DNA of 64,000 nucleotides from an uncultured Porphyromonadaceae bacterium (GTDB lineage Bacteria; Bacteroidota; Bacteroidia; Bacteroidales; Muribaculaceae): NCBI GenBank assembly GCA_900541835.1, contig UQLL01000001.1, positions 43,915 to 107,914 of the forward strand, read 5' to 3'. Shown piece by piece: positions 60,927 to 64,000 of this stretch (position 1 is its first letter; each line of letters starts with the position of its first letter). The notes under the pieces were generated by a model. It saw only the letters and a program-made list of their open reading frames with translations, ran no database searches and was not told where the DNA came from. The position numbers and the translations under genes were made by a program.

Positions 60927-61053
60927 GAGGGTGTGTCAAAATTCAAAATTTCGGTCAGATCGTAGGGCTACGCCCTACTTTAATCAATAAAGTTAAGTAT
61001 AGCGTCTGTACCAAGAAGCCGCCCTATGATTCGCCGGATTTTGCAACAACCCA
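60927..61053. mobile_element. MITE-like composite element, copy 2 (about 127 bp, inverted relative to copy 1, partly decayed)
   Basis: GAGGGTGTGTCAAAATTCAAAATTTCGGTCAGATCGTAGGGCTACGCCCTAC...AATCAATAAAG...GATTCGCCGGATTTTGCAACAACCC. Collinear with the reverse complement of 18338-18469, about 80% identical over the ends. The internal palindromes are degraded. Confidence 0.6.
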
Positions 61054-61129
61054 ATCCACAGTCGTAATCTCGTGGAGGATTTTTTTATCAAAAAGTGGTC
61101 GATGATTTTGCCATGTCGGGGAATTTGCA

Positions 61130-61137
61130 TAAATTTG
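61130..61137 (+). promoter_or_regulatory. -7 box TAAATTTG with -33 TTTG (61107-61110) for the WG-repeat lipoprotein gene
   Basis: TTTG-N19-TAAATTTGCAT, with the ATG 26 nt downstream. Confidence 0.45.
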
Positions 61138-61162
61138 CATATTCACACTAAACTAACCTGAT

Positions 61163-62923
61163 ATGAAGAAGATACTCATCAGTCTGACTGCTCTTGTCTC
61201 AGTCCTCCTGTCCTCCTGCGGCAATGGCGGCGACGAGGTGCGCGTCGACCTCCTTCCCGTCAAGCTCGCCGACAACGGCAAGTGGAGCATGGTGGACAAC
61301 AAGGGTAACATCCGCTACGAAGACGAGTTCAAGAACGTCCCGTCGGCAGTCGTCGAGGGCTATTTCACCGCCAGCGAAAAGGATGGCTACTGCCTCTACA
61401 GGGCTTCCGCCAAGAAACCGGAGGAGGTCGGCGGCTGCTCCGGGCTCAAGTACGCGGGCCATATGCGTAATGGGCTCATGCCCGTAACCCGCAAGGATTC
61501 CCGCATCTCCGTCATAGGCACCGACGGCAAGGACCGCTTCGAGCTCACCCCCGTCAAGGGCCGCGAAATCGTCATGTGCCAGCCGGCCTTCTCGGAGGAC
61601 CTGCTGCTCTTCCGCACCGACGAGGACATGTACGGCTACTATTCGACGGGCGGTAAGGTGGCCATCGCCCCAGCATACGACATGGCCATGGATTTCAGCG
61701 AAGGCAAGGCTGTGGTGGGAAAGAAATCAGGCAAAGACGGCGAAATCCGCTATTCCGTTATTGACAGGAGCGGCAAGGAACTTTTCCGCGTCAAAGACCG
61801 CTACGATCTCGCAGGTGGGGGCTTCAGCTGCGGATGGCTCGTGGCCAGCGACGGCGACAGGACAGTGCTCATGGACGAAAAGGGCGAAGTGACACGCCTT
61901 CCCGCCAAGGTAGCCGGAGCCGTTCCCATGCAAAAGGATATACTGGCTTTCCGCGACCACGACGGCCAGTGGGGTCTCATGCGCACCGATGGCGAGATTC
62001 TTGTCCGCGCAAAGTACGAGGCGATGTACTCGGGCGGCGGCAACACGTTCTTCGCCATGAAGGATAAAGACGAGGTGGATGTGCTCGACGACAAGGGCGA
62101 AGTCAAGGAAAGCCTCGACTTCAAGTTCGTCGGCTACGTGAACGGCATCGGGAACATAGGTTACGACGGCAAGGCCTATCAGATCTTGGACTCCAAGTTC
62201 AAGCCCATCGGCGATGAATTCAAGGACGTCAACATCAACCTCAGCCTCTGCAACGAGGTCCGCACCGACTACTTCAACTTCGGCTCGGTGATAAGCACCG
62301 TCAGCGAGCAGCTTGACGAGGCCCTGAAGCAGTTCCCCATCGGCGCGAGCGCCGACAAGGTGATGGCCGGCCAAAAGCCCTCCGCTTTCTCCTACAGCTC
62401 CAGCTACAAGCCCGAGGACCTGTCCAGGAAGCTTTTCAACTACCAGGCGCAAGTCGAGGTCAGCTTCTCCTCCTCCCTGGCCGACTACAACTGGTCTCCC
62501 GCCACCTATTCGGGCGACTATTCCTGGAACAGCACCTCTACGGTCAACGGCATCAACGTGCAGTACGAGTGCGAGCACTGGCTTTCGCTTGTCAACCACA
62601 AGGAAATGGTGGCCGAGTTCAAGAAGAAGTCATACAACGTGGTCAAGGAAGGCATGCTCCAAGGCTCCTACGCCGCCGTGCTGAAAAAGGGCGACATCGG
62701 CATGATTGTCATCACCAAGGCCACCCGCGGCGCCGTCATCGTCGGCAAGGCCAATGCCATCGATGCCTTCTGCGCCCAGGTGGAGGGCAAGTACGTGGAG
62801 CAGACAGAGGGCGAAAGCAGCTCCTCGTTTGACTCAGGCTCCATCGAGATGCCTGAAACCTCCGTGGCTGTCAAAGAGGCTGCTATAGACACTGTGGCTG
62901 TCGATTCAGACTACGATTTCTGA
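61163..62923 (+). CDS. WG-repeat-containing lipoprotein (hypothetical)
   Basis: Lipobox LLSSC. Multiple KWG / DGQWGLM / YGYY WG-type repeats. 586 aa. Confidence 0.7.
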   Translation: MKKILISLTALVSVLLSSCGNGGDEVRVDLLPVKLADNGKWSMVDNKGNIRYEDEFKNVPSAVVEGYFTASEKDGYCLYRASAKKPEEVGGCSGLKYAGHMRNGLMPVTRKDSRISVIGTDGKDRFELTPVKGREIVMCQPAFSEDLLLFRTDEDMYGYYSTGGKVAIAPAYDMAMDFSEGKAVVGKKSGKDGEIRYSVIDRSGKELFRVKDRYDLAGGGFSCGWLVASDGDRTVLMDEKGEVTRLPAKVAGAVPMQKDILAFRDHDGQWGLMRTDGEILVRAKYEAMYSGGGNTFFAMKDKDEVDVLDDKGEVKESLDFKFVGYVNGIGNIGYDGKAYQILDSKFKPIGDEFKDVNINLSLCNEVRTDYFNFGSVISTVSEQLDEALKQFPIGASADKVMAGQKPSAFSYSSSYKPEDLSRKLFNYQAQVEVSFSSSLADYNWSPATYSGDYSWNSTSTVNGINVQYECEHWLSLVNHKEMVAEFKKKSYNVVKEGMLQGSYAAVLKKGDIGMIVITKATRGAVIVGKANAIDAFCAQVEGKYVEQTEGESSSSFDSGSIEMPETSVAVKEAAIDTVAVDSDYDF

Positions 62924-62939
62924 CCCATGCCATGCAATC

Positions 62940-62965
62940 GGACGCACTAACCGTGCGTCTCCTAC
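62940..62965. repeat. REP-like element GGACGCAC-TAACC-GTGCGTCTCCTACA
   Basis: Family member between the lipoprotein and clpB gene ends. Confidence 0.65.
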
Positions 62966-62982
62966 ATAGCGACCCGAACTGT

Positions 62983-63018
62983 AAAAGCGGGCGGTGCCGA
63001 TTGGCATCGTCCGCTTTT
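62983..63018. terminator. Bidirectional terminator hairpin AAAAGCGGGCGG-...-CGTCCGCTTTT
   Basis: About 10-bp stem with T-runs on both strands. Lies between convergent genes. Confidence 0.55.
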
Positions 63019-63040
63019 AGTATCAGGGAGGTAATGGTTC

Positions 63041-64000
63041 TCAGTTCTTGAAAACGAGCCTGTCGCCGTCGCGATCGATGGTGATGGGATGCTCGCGGTC
63101 GACCTGACCGGCCAGGATGTCCTTCGACAGCTGGTTGAGCACCAGGCGCTGGATGGTGCGCTTCACAGGACGAGCGCCGAACTCGGGATCGTAGCCGTCG
63201 TCGGCAAGCAGCTCCTCGGCAGCCTTGGTGATGTTGAGCGTCACGCCGTTGCCGGCAAGTATCTTCCTTACGCTGTTGACCTGGATGTCGACAATCTTCT
63301 GGATGTCGCGGCGGTTCAGCGGCTCGAACATCACTATCTCGTCGATACGGTTCAGGAACTCGGGGCGTATATTCTGCTTGAGCATCTCGATGACGTCCTG
63401 CTTGGTGCGCTCGATGGTCTCCTGGCGGTTCTCGTCGGTCATATTGGCGAAGTTCTCGCGGATGAGCGGCGAGCCCATGTTGGAGGTCATGATTATGATG
63501 GTGTTCTTGAAGTTGATGAAGCGACCCTTGTTGTCAGTCAGGCGGCCGTCGTCGAGCACCTGGAGCAGGATGTTGAAGACGTCGGGGTTGGCCTTTTCTA
63601 TCTCGTCGAAGAGCACCACGGAGTAGGGCTTGCGGCGCACGGCCTCGGTGAGCTGTCCGCCCTCCTCGTAGCCGACGTATCCCGGAGGAGCTCCGACAAG
63701 GCGACTCACGGAGTGCTTCTCCATGTACTCGCTCATGTCGATGCGTGTCATCATGTCCTCGTCGTCGAAGAGGTATTCGGCCAGGGCCTTGGCAAGCTCG
63801 GTCTTGCCGACGCCAGTGGTGCCGAGAAATATGAACGAACCGATGGGGCGCCGAGGGTCGTTGAGACCGGCGCGGGAGCGGCGCACGGCATCGCTCACGG
63901 CCTTGATGGCGTCGTCCTGGCCCACGACGCGGCGGTGGAGTTCCTCCTCCAGGTGGAGCAGCTTCTCCTTCTCGCTCTGGGCCATTTTCTTGACCGGGAT
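63041..64000 (-). CDS. clpB: ATP-dependent chaperone ClpB, C-terminal portion (partial; 5' end beyond the window)
   Basis: AAA-2 domain with [19 protein letters not shown] Walker A, sensor-2 and a C-terminal D2-small domain. Open to the window edge. Confidence 0.9.
   Translation of the reverse strand: MPVKKMAQSEKEKLLHLEEELHRRVVGQDDAIKAVSDAVRRSRAGLNDPRRPIGSFIFLGTTGVGKTELAKALAEYLFDDEDMMTRIDMSEYMEKHSVSRLVGAPPGYVGYEEGGQLTEAVRRKPYSVVLFDEIEKANPDVFNILLQVLDDGRLTDNKGRFINFKNTIIIMTSNMGSPLIRENFANMTDENRQETIERTKQDVIEMLKQNIRPEFLNRIDEIVMFEPLNRRDIQKIVDIQVNSVRKILAGNGVTLNITKAAEELLADDGYDPEFGARPVKRTIQRLVLNQLSKDILAGQVDREHPITIDRDGDRLVFKN

Overview
This 64-kb window is a chromosomal core-genome segment from a high-GC member of the Bacteroidota; the ordering is probably Bacteroidales. 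Phylum markers seen directly are TAnnTTTG-type promoters without Shine-Dalgarno sequences, type IX secretion (T9SS) C-terminal sorting domains, an HU / HU-LysM gene pair, PPi-phosphofructokinase, and a Bacteroidetes-type PurF and single-chain PurL. I call 49 protein-coding genes, almost all housekeeping. They include a partial cell-wall amidase, rsmG, pyrD-pyrK, a MerR regulator, an M23 peptidase, alaS-lipA-lipB, an AlkD-like repair protein and a CepA/CblA-like class A beta-lactamase. They also include a HU / HU-LysM operon, purL, murB fused to an MBL-fold hydrolase, bcp, cstA and a large tandemly duplicated T9SS surface protein. Further on are a DEAD-box helicase, lepA, a GT25 glycosyltransferase, tsaB, a U32 peptidase, purF, smpB, rfbA-rfbCD-rfbB, a GH53 galactanase and a TonB-dependent receptor with a FadL-like porin. 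The remainder is pfp, an EamA transporter, an ABC-2 exporter, dnaG, an MFS transporter, a superoxide dismutase, a WG-repeat lipoprotein and partial clpB. I found no rRNA, tRNA, CRISPR array, integrase, transposase or recognisable defence or phage module. The unusual content is non-coding. One is a dense family of at least 15 perfect or near-perfect palindromic elements (core GTAGGGACGCACC-NNN-GGTGCGTCCCTAC). These occur singly, as inverted doublets, and inside a roughly 130-bp MITE-like element with imperfect terminal inverted repeats present twice in opposite orientation. Two copies sit in-frame inside coding sequences (the dnaG linker and the DEAD-box helicase tail), and two others supply the stop codon of a gene. 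A second family (TGAGAGTTGAGAG-like) sits at gene 3' ends and contributes C-terminal codons. A roughly 38-nt motif with a GC-rich hairpin occurs four times in 5' gene regions. Long antisense ORFs in the provided track are high-GC artefacts and were rejected.
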